DNA from: Cyanobacteria bacterium P01_A01_bin.123
GTDB taxonomy: Bacteria > Cyanobacteriota > Cyanobacteriia > Phormidesmidales > Phormidesmidaceae
Length of the DNA: 64,000 nt
Direction: 5' to 3'
NCBI GenBank assembly: GCA_039815185.1
Contig: JBCBZT010000030.1
Coordinates: 37,477-101,476, forward strand
This document shows positions 10,368 through 19,800 of the stretch, one piece after another. How positions within the stretch are numbered: the stretch's first letter is position 1; the number at the start of each line of letters is the position of its first letter. A program made the translations under genes and the position numbers. Below the pieces are notes generated by a model that ran no database searches, had not been told where the DNA came from, and saw nothing but the letters and a program-made list of their open reading frames with translations.

Positions 10368-11261
10368 ATGAACATGGTTAATCCCTTTCAGCAGTTCAAG
10401 GCCCGATTGCTATTAATAGGTTTTCTGGCAATTGCGCTAACGTTAGGTATTTTTTTGGGGGTTCTAGAGGGATTGGGTCTCCTACCTATCGGCTCAGATG
10501 ATCCGCTCTTGATCCCGCTGGTTTACATTTTGATTTTTGGTAGTCTATGCCTGCTGGTGATTTGGCAGGGTCGTCGGCTTAAGGTACGGTTTCGATATCT
10601 AATTGGCACCCGACCCAAGCGGTTTTCTTGGCTGTCCGGTGTGATGTTAACCGTTGTCTTGTTGGTGTTTTCTCTGGGGATGTTCCAAGTGTCTTATTAT
10701 CTGCTGTCGTTTGTTCAACCCGAATTGGTTGAACTGACGCTGCAAGAGTCACCTGCGATTTTTATTCCAGCGGATACGGCCAGCCCAGTTTTATATGAGG
10801 CGTTAATGTTTCTGAGCATTGTAGTCGTCGCCCCGGTGGCAGAAGAGTTTTTGTTTCGGGGAGTTTTGCTGCATCGTTGGGGCACAAAGTGGGGTCTACC
10901 TACAGCAGTGATTGTGTCTTCAGTGTTGTTTGGTGTGCTCCACCCCAATCCGATTGGACTGTCAATGTTTGGGTTAGTGATGACACTGCTCTACCTCCAC
11001 ACGCGATCGCTGTGGGCTCCTATTTTTTGCCATGCACTAAATAATTTCCTCACCATTGGCTTAGAAGTTTGGGCTACCCAAGCCAACCGCAGCAACCCTA
11101 TCGATACATTGGCAGAGTTCCGCGAAAGCTGGTGGATGGGGCTAGTGTTTATCGTCATCTCGGCCCCTTGGTTAATCCGGTTTATACGGCGTACCTGGCG
11201 ACAAACCCGCGAGCCTCTACCCTATTTTGACAATGCCGCTAGTCGGAGTCAGTCTGCTTAG
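10368..11261 (+). CDS. CPBP (CAAX/Abi) intramembrane metalloprotease
   Basis: EEFLFRG, FGVLH, HALNN motifs. Confidence 0.88.
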   Translation: MNMVNPFQQFKARLLLIGFLAIALTLGIFLGVLEGLGLLPIGSDDPLLIPLVYILIFGSLCLLVIWQGRRLKVRFRYLIGTRPKRFSWLSGVMLTVVLLVFSLGMFQVSYYLLSFVQPELVELTLQESPAIFIPADTASPVLYEALMFLSIVVVAPVAEEFLFRGVLLHRWGTKWGLPTAVIVSSVLFGVLHPNPIGLSMFGLVMTLLYLHTRSLWAPIFCHALNNFLTIGLEVWATQANRSNPIDTLAEFRESWWMGLVFIVISAPWLIRFIRRTWRQTREPLPYFDNAASRSQSA

Positions 11262-11265
11262 GATT

Positions 11266-11292
11266 TTTGGTAATGGGTAATGGGTTACTGGT
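11266..11292. repeat. Short tandem heptamer repeats (STRR-like, ggtaatg)
   Basis: tggtaatgggtaatgggttactgg between convergent genes. Confidence 0.45.
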
Positions 11293-11331
11293 GATTAGAA
11301 TGGCAGGGGAAGAGACTTTGCTTCGATCTGA

Positions 11332-13056
11332 TTAAAACCCATCGGGTAAAGACCGCAGCAGACGGAGCTCGGTCGGTTCTACATTGACAGCCTCGACGTA
11401 GGCCGAGGTTAGGTAAGAACGATACGAGTCATCGTTGAGTAAATGGACTTTTCCGTGCGCAATGACAAGTGATATCAGCAGATTAGAAAACAATTCTTCC
11501 GTTTCATTAAAGTTGTCGAGGGTATCACCGCTTGGATCTCTGATGTTCAAGATCAATTCGGTCAGCGCTGGTGAATGGGAGAGATTTTCTCCCAGGTATA
11601 AATACTTTTCGGGGGTGACTAATCCGCGGAAAGCTACCAACTGTTCTAGCGCAATGGGAGTTGCGATATCAGAAGCACCGCCCACAATCACAACGGGTGT
11701 CTGCACTGGCTCCATACCCCCCTCTCCAAACAGATTGCTTACAGGAGACAGAGCAATCACAAGCCCCACCCGTTCATCGGCTAGGCTACCGTCGGTTAAT
11801 TGTTGAATAGCAGCGGGTGACTCGACCAACTCCAACACTCTGCACTGGAGTAGAAGCCCAATATTAACCTTATCGGGTGCAATATCTGCGTCGAGATCGC
11901 ACTGTTGCTGCAGGCGATCGATATCAACGGTGGCCCCTGCTGTGGCCAGAGCGGTGTACCCACCAAACGAATGACCGATAAGGCCCACTCGATCTAATTG
12001 GAGACGCCCTTGAAATTCTGTGCCGTTTAGCTGCTCCAAAGTATCCAGTAGAAAACGAATATCTAATGGCCGATTGACAAAGTCCATCACGTCAAAAGAT
12101 TCATGGGTCAGACCCCTGACTAAATCATCTTGGTAGGCCTTATTACTGCCAATATGCTCTGGCACCGCAACAACAAATCCATTTTCGGCTAGCGTGCGGG
12201 CGGCCAAAACAGCATCTGGATTAGTGCGAGTATCGCCATAGCCATGGGAGAGAACCATCACTGGAATTGGCCCTGGGATAGCATTGAGATTGTCAGGCAG
12301 ATAAAGATCAACTGGATAGCTACGATCGCGTTGGCTATCTTGTAACATCAGCGATCGCTGCACAACCCCAAACTGACCAGTTTCTGCCGGAACGGGTAAG
12401 GCACTATAGTCAAGGGCCGGATCAGTAGCAGCAGTGGCTTCAGAGACTTGGGTGGCAGCATCAATCAGCCGTTCCGTGGTGTCTATGTTGGCGTTGAGCG
12501 CCCGAGACAATGCTAGGATCTCTTGCAAATCCAACCGCAAGCCCCCCGTTGGATAAAAGCGAATAATGTTGATCAGTGAAAGCCCAGCCGGATCCGCTGC
12601 CGCCAAGACGATGGCGGCTCGTATAGCCTGGTAACCATTTTGGCGACCCTGGGTTTGAATCAACTGTCCAAGCCCAGTCAAAACAGACTCGCCAATCGGA
12701 GAATACAGCCATTGGGATAGGAAAAAGGGATCCTCGAATCCTTCAGGAATACCTGGACTCAGCGCAGGGATGGGAGTGCCCAAGACCCGTTGGAGTTCCT
12801 GTTGTCCTTCTGATGGCAGACGGTTGAGATATGGGGCAAGTTCAGCATCTATGGTGCCGTCTTCTGCAAATGCTTCTAGAGATGAGGCAGGCAGCACACG
12901 TCCAAAAGGGCCGTAATCAAAATAAATCTCGTCTGCCGATCGGGCAGGCAAAGTAGCAATCACCCCAGATAAAAGGCTGATAGCAGCGGTTTTCAACAGC
13001 TGCTGAATTGATGGTGAGTAAACCGTTCTGAAATGCATTTCCGATATTATTTTCAA
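11332..13056 (-). CDS. Secreted alpha/beta hydrolase with N-terminal DUF1400-like domain
   Basis: Signal-like PARSADEIYFDYGP; SHGYG, GHSFGG nucleophile elbow. Confidence 0.85.
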   Translation of the reverse strand: MKIISEMHFRTVYSPSIQQLLKTAAISLLSGVIATLPARSADEIYFDYGPFGRVLPASSLEAFAEDGTIDAELAPYLNRLPSEGQQELQRVLGTPIPALSPGIPEGFEDPFFLSQWLYSPIGESVLTGLGQLIQTQGRQNGYQAIRAAIVLAAADPAGLSLINIIRFYPTGGLRLDLQEILALSRALNANIDTTERLIDAATQVSEATAATDPALDYSALPVPAETGQFGVVQRSLMLQDSQRDRSYPVDLYLPDNLNAIPGPIPVMVLSHGYGDTRTNPDAVLAARTLAENGFVVAVPEHIGSNKAYQDDLVRGLTHESFDVMDFVNRPLDIRFLLDTLEQLNGTEFQGRLQLDRVGLIGHSFGGYTALATAGATVDIDRLQQQCDLDADIAPDKVNIGLLLQCRVLELVESPAAIQQLTDGSLADERVGLVIALSPVSNLFGEGGMEPVQTPVVIVGGASDIATPIALEQLVAFRGLVTPEKYLYLGENLSHSPALTELILNIRDPSGDTLDNFNETEELFSNLLISLVIAHGKVHLLNDDSYRSYLTSAYVEAVNVEPTELRLLRSLPDGF

Positions 13057-13094
13057 GGTTAGATTGCGACAGTACAGTACATATACAGTATATA

Positions 13095-13154
13095 TTTTGA
13101 TCTGAGTTCACATGTGTTTTGATCTGAATTCACATGTGTTTTGATCTGGGTTCA
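13095..13154. repeat. 22-bp tandem repeat, about 2.7 copies
   Basis: ttttgatctgagttcacatgtg / ttttgatctgaattcacatgtg / ttttgatctgggttca. Confidence 0.9.
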
Positions 13155-13168
13155 GATCGAGAAAACGA

Positions 13169-13225
13169 TTGAACCAATTTTTCATACATTTAGCATGTTG
13201 AAAAATGTATGAAAAATTGATTCAA
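13169..13225. repeat. Inverted repeat, 23-bp arms, 1 mismatch, 11-nt loop
   Basis: ttgaaccaatttttcatacattt ... aaatgtatgaaaaattgattcaa. Confidence 0.9.
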
Positions 13226-13271
13226 ATGAATATCAGATGTGCGATTTTGAAAAGGTAGCTTGATGAACAGT

Positions 13272-13520
13272 TGGAATCAGATCAGGGCGGTCTATGCAGG
13301 TTTCACGTTGGCACCGCTCCCGTTTCAGAAACTGGACAAAATGCCTTGCCCATTCTAATGCACAACGCAATACTAAAGCCAATAGCCAGAATTCAGGAGG
13401 GCAATGAGCGATCAAAAGAGGACATTTCACGACAAATTGCCTACCCCTCAAATGCTGACGAGCATTGTTGTCAACATATTTAATTCTGATCCAGATGATT
13501 CGACAGGTTCGCCTTGACCA
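13272..13520 (+). repeat. About 250-bp diverged direct repeat, copy 1 (copy 2 at about 17241-17488)
   Basis: Shared blocks e.g. ggtttcacgttgg, cgtttcagaaactgg, ggagggcaatgagcgatcaaaag, agcattgttgtcaacatatttaattctga. Confidence 0.9.
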
Positions 13521-13672
13521 ATCACATCCCTTGTTGATCCTTCAATATCTCTCAAGCCCCTGAAGGCTGACGTAAAGGGAAAGTTTGTTCAGGAGATTAA
13601 TGCCGTAGTTACGCACAATGATAGCGAGTTTTCTGACATCTGTTTTCACAGTGTCGGATTGAACAGAATCTC

Positions 13673-13765
13673 AAGTATTTGGGTGTACACCGTGCCACTG
13701 TTATCCGCCACATTGATGCCCTGGAAACAGTCTTGGGTGAAAAGGTTTTCAGCACCATTCGCAAA
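13673..13765 (+). pseudogene. LysR-type HTH fragment
   Basis: KYLGVHRATVIRHIDALETVLGEKVF, then apparent frameshift; no N-terminal start or effector domain. Confidence 0.7.
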
Positions 13766-13848
13766 TCAATTCTTGAATTACTCATTAGTGCTCCTTGGCA
13801 GATATGCTTGCATGATTGTCTTCATAATGGCTCAAGACGATGTGTTGC

Positions 13849-15669
13849 CTACACCTTGGGAACGAGTAGATGCGAATCGAAGTCTCCGCCAAAGTGAATC
13901 ACATGTACTCCATGGTTAAAGGAAACATCCTTAAAATAGGGCGGCGAGGGAATGATTTCGCGTGGGCTCACAATTAATTCCAATGCTTCGCCAGCTGCGA
14001 AGAAAGTGCTGCTGGGATATAGTGCTATCTCAATTGGCACGATTTCGCCAGGTTTTAGTTTCTGCTCCCTGCTTGCCGATAGCACTGGGTTCCATTCCGT
14101 GGACTCTACTGGGTCAAGTTCACGCAGTGAGGCTCTACCCCATCCTCTCGTCACCATATCTTTCGAGTTCCCGACAGAACCGTAAAAATGCACAGACTTT
14201 TTATCTCGATCCAGCTTGTTCACAGCGGCATATAAGCCGATATCATCTGGTGTATCCTGATTAGCAATCTTGGCTCGTGCCTCTATCCACAGCCGCAGTT
14301 TCATGTAGCCCGTCAGCTCAGTATCTTCAGTAAATTCGTGAAGGAAGGTCGCCTTTCCTCTGGTTACCGAATATGCCAGATCCTTTGGGGTTAGCGGCAT
14401 TTCCAACGAAAGTGACTGTTGATCGCTTAGGTAGAGTCTCTTGTAATCGGTACGGGCAAGCGGCCATTCTTTCTCGTGGCGGATCTCGTAGATCTCCTTA
14501 AGACTTGCGCGAACCTCAAGCCTTACACGGGGTGTATTGAGAAATCCGCTTGAAGTATCTCCCTTCAGGAAACAATCCATAAAGCTTCGCGTTAACGCTT
14601 GCACCTCAGGGGAATAGTAAGCATCCCACTTGCCGGTACGGTGGGTGTAGAGCCACTTGTGCTCCGACTGCGCCTTCATGAAGGCCCGAAAGCTCCCCAT
14701 TGTATGCAGTTCGTGGTCTGAAAATGAGCCGCAAACTAACATGGGAACCGTGATTTCTTCTAGCTTGGCTGTCTTTGCCTGCCAGAAGTCGTCATAGAGG
14801 GGGTGATTTTTCATGTAGTCAGTGGGGATATCCCCCTCAGACTTGACAAAGTCTTCTTGTGTACCGTTAAGGGCTGGCTTTACTTCAGTACTCCACCAGA
14901 AGGCAGGGAATCCAATCTCAGATAACCCACCCCGGGCAAAAGCGTCACGGTAGGGATCCGTAAGTCCTTCCCATGGAGAAATACAGTACAAAGATGGCGG
15001 TGGCCCTCCATAAGCCTGACAGGCAGCAACATGATACTGAGTAATGGCCAGGAAGCTGACACCATTGAGACCTACCTTGCCAGTGCACCAGGGTTGCTTT
15101 GCAATCCACTCGATAGCTTCGTAGTAGCATTTGCCTTGATGCTCTGAGAATACTGAGGGTAAGCCTTCACTATTCGCATACCCCGGTAGGTTCATGTTAA
15201 CGACGGCATATCCAGCAGGGATCCAGAAATTAGGGTCAGGAGACTCCCAACTTGTCAGCCTGGAAAACTTAGGCTTACCCGCTTGTGAAATCAGCCGATA
15301 CTGTTGGGGTGCATCGCCGAAAGGGGTCTTGTCAAGGGCTGAGGTGAGGTGGTTGTCATAGGGATGGGCACACATGACAACCGGTACTGACTCACCACTT
15401 TTAGCTGCCCGCTTCGAACGGTAGACATTTGCCGTCACGCAAAACCCCTCACTCATAGGGATTTTGACGTCATACTCACACAGAATGTCCGGGGCTGGTT
15501 CGCTAAGTTCACACTGAGGGTTGAATAACTGGCCGCTTGTCAGGGCCTTGGTAACGATTGGGGCCAGCGCCCGGACAGTATTCAAAAAAGCAGGAGATGA
15601 CTTTTCCATTTGCACAACAACCGTATGGGTAAATGCAGTTCCAACACTATTGATTGGCCAGAGCTTCAT
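13849..15669 (-). CDS. CocE/NonD family hydrolase (X-Pro dipeptidyl-peptidase-like)
   Basis: WESPDP..W...GY, QPWCTGKVGLNGVSFLA nucleophile motif, C-terminal PepX_C-like ELTGYMKLRLW. Confidence 0.9.
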   Translation of the reverse strand: MKLWPINSVGTAFTHTVVVQMEKSSPAFLNTVRALAPIVTKALTSGQLFNPQCELSEPAPDILCEYDVKIPMSEGFCVTANVYRSKRAAKSGESVPVVMCAHPYDNHLTSALDKTPFGDAPQQYRLISQAGKPKFSRLTSWESPDPNFWIPAGYAVVNMNLPGYANSEGLPSVFSEHQGKCYYEAIEWIAKQPWCTGKVGLNGVSFLAITQYHVAACQAYGGPPPSLYCISPWEGLTDPYRDAFARGGLSEIGFPAFWWSTEVKPALNGTQEDFVKSEGDIPTDYMKNHPLYDDFWQAKTAKLEEITVPMLVCGSFSDHELHTMGSFRAFMKAQSEHKWLYTHRTGKWDAYYSPEVQALTRSFMDCFLKGDTSSGFLNTPRVRLEVRASLKEIYEIRHEKEWPLARTDYKRLYLSDQQSLSLEMPLTPKDLAYSVTRGKATFLHEFTEDTELTGYMKLRLWIEARAKIANQDTPDDIGLYAAVNKLDRDKKSVHFYGSVGNSKDMVTRGWGRASLRELDPVESTEWNPVLSASREQKLKPGEIVPIEIALYPSSTFFAAGEALELIVSPREIIPSPPYFKDVSFNHGVHVIHFGGDFDSHLLVPKV

Positions 15670-15738
15670 CTCGACAAAGCGCTTGGCTATTCAAGCCGGA
15701 TACTAGACTAAACCTACAGTCAATGTAATTAACCTCGG

Positions 15739-16329
15739 TTAACTATTCCCACGTCGATGCTTAAGAAATCGGCAAAGTCCCTGGGGTGTGATACCGATAA
15801 AGCGTGCGATATCTTTATCTGAGACACGATGAATAACATCCTGCTGGCGTTCTTCGAGAAATCGGTAACGGTACTCAGTGTTCAAAGTGGTCTTTGCACA
15901 CATAACCTCCTTATCAAAGAGGAGCGTTTCGAGTACCTTTTTGCGCAAATACTCACCAAATGCTTTACCTTTATGATATTCCTTGAGAAAGAATTCCATA
16001 GGCATTGAAACGCTATTAACGTCTGTGATTGCAATCAGTGTGTCGTTAGCATACTCTTGAATTAGAGCACTCGTAATGTTTGAGCAGAACTGCCCTCTAC
16101 TAAAGAAGCGCGCAATCGGCGAAACCCCTTCTGCTAAAGTTTGTTCGGATGCAGCGATCCCATCTGTGACGAAGAAAACTTTATCGCAAATAAGTGCTTG
16201 ACTAAAAATTACACTTTTCTTTACAAATTCAAATTCTGATATTCTCGATTTTATTTCATTCCACTCAGGTGATTTTAAGTGAATACCATAGGAATAGATA
16301 TCATCTTCTAGTGATGAAATGGCCGTCAT
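15739..16329 (-). CDS. Crp/Fnr family transcriptional regulator
   Basis: cNMP-binding-like N-terminus; C-terminal KDIARFIGITPQGLCR HTH; AT-rich. Confidence 0.8.
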   Translation of the reverse strand: MTAISSLEDDIYSYGIHLKSPEWNEIKSRISEFEFVKKSVIFSQALICDKVFFVTDGIAASEQTLAEGVSPIARFFSRGQFCSNITSALIQEYANDTLIAITDVNSVSMPMEFFLKEYHKGKAFGEYLRKKVLETLLFDKEVMCAKTTLNTEYRYRFLEERQQDVIHRVSDKDIARFIGITPQGLCRFLKHRRGNS

Positions 16330-16489
16330 TTTTTATATTCACCATAAATAAGTGATTCTCCATCTACATCACAGCATTATATACACTACTTGATATGTAC
16401 TATTTGGGTAAGTTAAACATCTTCCCATGGATATAATTCCAATGGTTCCTAAATGATGACTGCCAGTTGAGCCGTGGAACTGAATCAAC

Positions 16490-16978
16490 TTACTCTGGAT
16501 GTGATACATCAGAGATAAGATTCCCCCCCTCTGAGGGATTACGCTGGAAATAGGCATAAAAACTCAATGTAATTGCCAAAGCCGAGATGATTGTCATCAC
16601 GGTTCCGGGTGCGAACTTGTTGTAACCGCCGAGGTCGATGAATATGAAATATCCGACATCAAGTAAGCCACCAACCAGGGCTGAGATAAATATGGCGGCA
16701 ACACTCTTGCGCCATATAAATACACCACCGATGATCGTCACAATGCCACCCCACAGCAGATTGAACCCGTGCTGATTGATGATGGCACCAACAGCATCTG
16801 GATAATCCATCGCCAAGGTCGCAGGGTCTACGGCATCAGCGATGCCTGCGGCTGCAGTTGCCGTGTCGCCAGAGATGGTCAAAATCCCAGCTAAGGCATG
16901 AACAACACCCCAAATCACCCAAAGGATGGCGGAAATTTTCAGCAGGGTGGATGCAGTTTGTCGGCTAAGTTGGGTCAT
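16490..16978 (-). CDS. Hypothetical 4-TM membrane protein (intact copy)
   Basis: LWVIWGVVH, QHGFNL, DVGYFIFIDLGG; paralog at 19173-19623. Confidence 0.8.
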   Translation of the reverse strand: MTQLSRQTASTLLKISAILWVIWGVVHALAGILTISGDTATAAAGIADAVDPATLAMDYPDAVGAIINQHGFNLLWGGIVTIIGGVFIWRKSVAAIFISALVGGLLDVGYFIFIDLGGYNKFAPGTVMTIISALAITLSFYAYFQRNPSEGGNLISDVSHPE

Positions 16979-17240
16979 GTATCGTTTTCCTTTTACGCCA
17001 GAGTAGAGAGGGCAGATTTCAGGATCATGTACATCACTAAAGCTCGCCTTCGACCCACTTCCGAATATAGAGACTCACAAACTCAGGTGAATCTTCTGTG
17101 GAGAAATGGCTCGCCCCTTCCAGAATGACCACACGGTTGTTCTCATTCGGAGTGAATCAGTACCTTGAACACATCTTTTGCTTAATGTGTCCAGTCTATT
17201 TGAATGAATCAGAATTTCACAGTAAATATTTAACGCGAGG

Positions 17241-17488
17241 TGGAATGAGGGCAGAACGGCTTATGCCGGTTTCACGTTGGTGTTGCTCTCGTTTCAGAAA
17301 CTGGGTACAACACTTCGTTCTTGCTAATGTACAACGCAACACTAAGGCTAATAGGCAGAATTTAGGAGGGCAATGAGCGATCAAAAGCGGACATTTCACG
17401 ACAAATTTCCTGCTCCTAAAATTCTGACAAGCATTGTTGTCAACATATTTAATTCTGACCCAGACGATTCGATAGGTTCGCCTTGATC
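17241..17488 (+). repeat. About 250-bp diverged direct repeat, copy 2
   Basis: Aligns by eye to 13272-13520. Confidence 0.9.
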
Positions 17489-17503
17489 ATATAACTAACT
17501 GCT

Positions 17504-17538
17504 CAACACTATTGATTGGCCAGAGCCTCATCTCGACA
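17504..17538 (-). repeat. 35-bp stub duplicating the CocE/NonD gene start region (15642-15676)
   Basis: caacactattgattggccagagc(c/t)tcatctcgaca, 1 mismatch. Confidence 0.85.
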
Positions 17539-17614
17539 CCAAAAATTACACTTTTAAGCCTCGTCGCACTCCGGAGTTAAAAGCTTGTCAATCAGTTTTT
17601 TGTTAGGCTATCAA

Positions 17615-18205
17615 TCATCTTATTTTGAGGATCTGCGACGAATTGCTGGCCAAGAGCCCATTGCGAGGGTCGACGGGGTCAGTTCCAGCCTCGATCTCGG
17701 TTGGATCGCCAATACCATCACCGTCCGAATCAGCCTTGTAGGGAAAGATCCCCATAGAGACTTCTTCGAGGTTGGCAATGCCGTCGCCATCAATGTCGTC
17801 GTCCGACGAGTCTTCGATGCCATCGCGATCGGTATCTTCCCATCGAGTGGGATCGTTCGGGAAACCATCGAACTTATCATCGACCCCATCGGAGTCCGTA
17901 TCGACGGCAAGCAGAATATCGACGTCGATCCAGTCAGATGCCCCATCGGCAATATCACCGGAGTTAAGCTCGGCATCCAGGAAAGCGTAGAATTCGCTCA
18001 TATGATAAGGGCGCTGCTCCTGAGGCAACCCGTTATGGACACCAGGATCCACCGTAGCGCCCAGGCCATGCTCAACCGGTCAGTCACAGTTCCTTGAGAT
18101 TGCATACTGACAGCCAGGGAGTCACAACTAGAATTGATAGGATCTCCTGGATCTCTCGATCCGAATAATAACGGCGCAATTCCTCGGTATGTGCGGCGAT
18201 GGCGG
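17615..18205 (-). pseudogene. 3' fragment of a paralog of the tandem-AhpD/TSP3-repeat gene (19801-21705)
   Basis: EELRRYYSDREIQEIL, frameshift, MQSQGTVTDRLSMAWALR, small deletion, then DxDxDG repeats to GTDPVDPRN; 5' two-thirds missing. Confidence 0.85.
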
Positions 18206-18259
18206 CAACCCTTTTGCAGCAAATAAATATGCCGCCAACGATTGTAAAATCACTTACGC

Positions 18260-18550
18260 TTAACGCCTGGGAGGCCGGTGGGGAGGACGAGCCGCTGGCG
18301 GCGGTGGCGGCGGTGGCGGCGGCGCATGGGGAGGGCGACGAGCCAGGAGAGGCGAATGAGAGTAGTGGTTTTGATCTCGATGCATATTAGGTAGAGTCTT
18401 TTTCTCCACAAAAACCCCAAAGCCGGAAGCCATATTCAAGCTAGTCTCTGAGGGGAAAATAGAATCAGCAAGAACCCCACTTGTGAAGAGGTGGCAGGCT
18501 CCTAAGCAAGTCATTAACGCCAAAGAAAAGGGTTTTTGGAAGTAGTTCAT
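18260..18550 (-). CDS. Small secreted protein with Pro/Arg-rich C-terminus
   Basis: Signal-like N-terminus; LLARRPPHA-P9-AARPPHRPPRR; (CCGCCGCCA)x3. Confidence 0.55.
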   Translation of the reverse strand: MNYFQKPFSLALMTCLGACHLFTSGVLADSIFPSETSLNMASGFGVFVEKKTLPNMHRDQNHYSHSPLLARRPPHAPPPPPPPPPAARPPHRPPRR

Positions 18551-18597
18551 AACTAGAATATTTCCCTGAATTTCATTAATTAGATCATTGATTACTC

Positions 18598-19176
18598 TTA
18601 GAGGTCATGGCTGATAATTTGGCTATCAGTCGTGTAGAAAATGACTTTTATTTGACCTTGAACTCGAGCGAATCGAATAGTATCGGTAGTGGTAATCAGC
18701 CGGAGTTCTTCGTCAGTCGTGACTTCAGTGATAGTGCTGACTGTTACAGTCGCTAATTGGCCATCAGGAGTCACTCGGATAGTTTCTCGTTGAGAAATTT
18801 CCTGAACTTCTGAGTTCTCTTCAGTTTCAGTTTCATTGAAGAAATTAGTTAATACTTCTCGATGCTGCTCAATGCCTTCAATGTACACTGACTCAAAACC
18901 ATTGGAAGACTCCGTGATAGTCTCGGAAATAACAAAGGGAGCCATGTATTGGAGAACACCCTCCACATCTCCTTGCGCGATCAAATTTTCAACTTCACGA
19001 TTAATTTGCTGAATATCAGCAACAGCTATAGGTGGTGCAATCTCCGAAGCTTCTGAGTCTAACTGGACAATAACTTGCACTTTTTGAGGCGGTAGCTCTG
19101 CCCAAGCTGGCGACACAACTTTCATAGATAACAAAGAGACTGAAAGTAGTGTAGAAAAAGTGTAAATAAGCTTCAT
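18598..19176 (-). CDS. Secreted acidic protein, possibly NTF2/SnoaL-like fold
   Basis: Signal peptide SPAWA; GDVEGVLQYMAP and beta-rich C-terminus; start overlaps upstream stop (ATGA). Confidence 0.6.
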   Translation of the reverse strand: MKLIYTFSTLLSVSLLSMKVVSPAWAELPPQKVQVIVQLDSEASEIAPPIAVADIQQINREVENLIAQGDVEGVLQYMAPFVISETITESSNGFESVYIEGIEQHREVLTNFFNETETEENSEVQEISQRETIRVTPDGQLATVTVSTITEVTTDEELRLITTTDTIRFARVQGQIKVIFYTTDSQIISHDL

Positions 19177-19623
19177 ATTTTACTCCCTTTAAAGTAAGCG
19201 TAAAAACTCAACATCACTGCTAAGGCAGAGATGATTGTCATCATAGTTCCAGGTGCAAATTTGTTGTAGCCATCGAGGTCGATGAAGATAAAATATCCGA
19301 TATCGAGCAGACCACCCACCAGAGCTGAGACAAATATGGCGGCCCACACTTTTACGCCAAACAAATATGCCGTCAACAATCGTAACGACACCACCCCAAA
19401 GCAGATTAAAGCCGTGTTGATCAATGATGGCGCCAGCAGCATCGGGACAATCCATCACCAATAGAGCAGGGTCTACGCCATCGGCAATTCCAAAGACTAC
19501 GGTCGCCGTATCGCCAGAGATGGTCAGAATCCCAGCTAAGGCATGAACAACGCTCCAAATCACCCAAAGGATGGCAGAAATTTTCAGCAGGGTGGATGCA
19601 GTTTGTCGGCTAAGTTGGGTCAT
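19173..19623 (-). pseudogene. Frameshifted copy of the 16490-16978 membrane protein
   Basis: Identical N-terminus MTQLSRQTASTLLKISAILWVIW; +1 base near 19344 splits it into ORFs 19189..19623 and 19173..19442. Confidence 0.8.
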
Positions 19624-19800
19624 GTATAGTCTTCCTTTTACGCCAGAGTAGAGAGGGCAGATTTCAGCTCTACCTGAAGCTCAGAATTGCTGATCTGCCC
19701 GGTTTCGGTGTCGAAGTTGTGATTGAAACTCGGAATTGAGAGACTGGCCTTAATCTCTCCGCCAAAAAACGGCGCTGATTTTTCTGCTATGTGCAGGACA

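Noticed and set aside
13095..13154. CRISPR array
   Set aside because: Repeats are contiguous with no spacers, and there are no cas genes in the window
13272..17488. Composite transposon bounded by the 250-bp repeats
   Set aside because: No transposase, terminal inverted repeats or target-site duplication recognised; the repeats are diverged and better explained by decayed duplication
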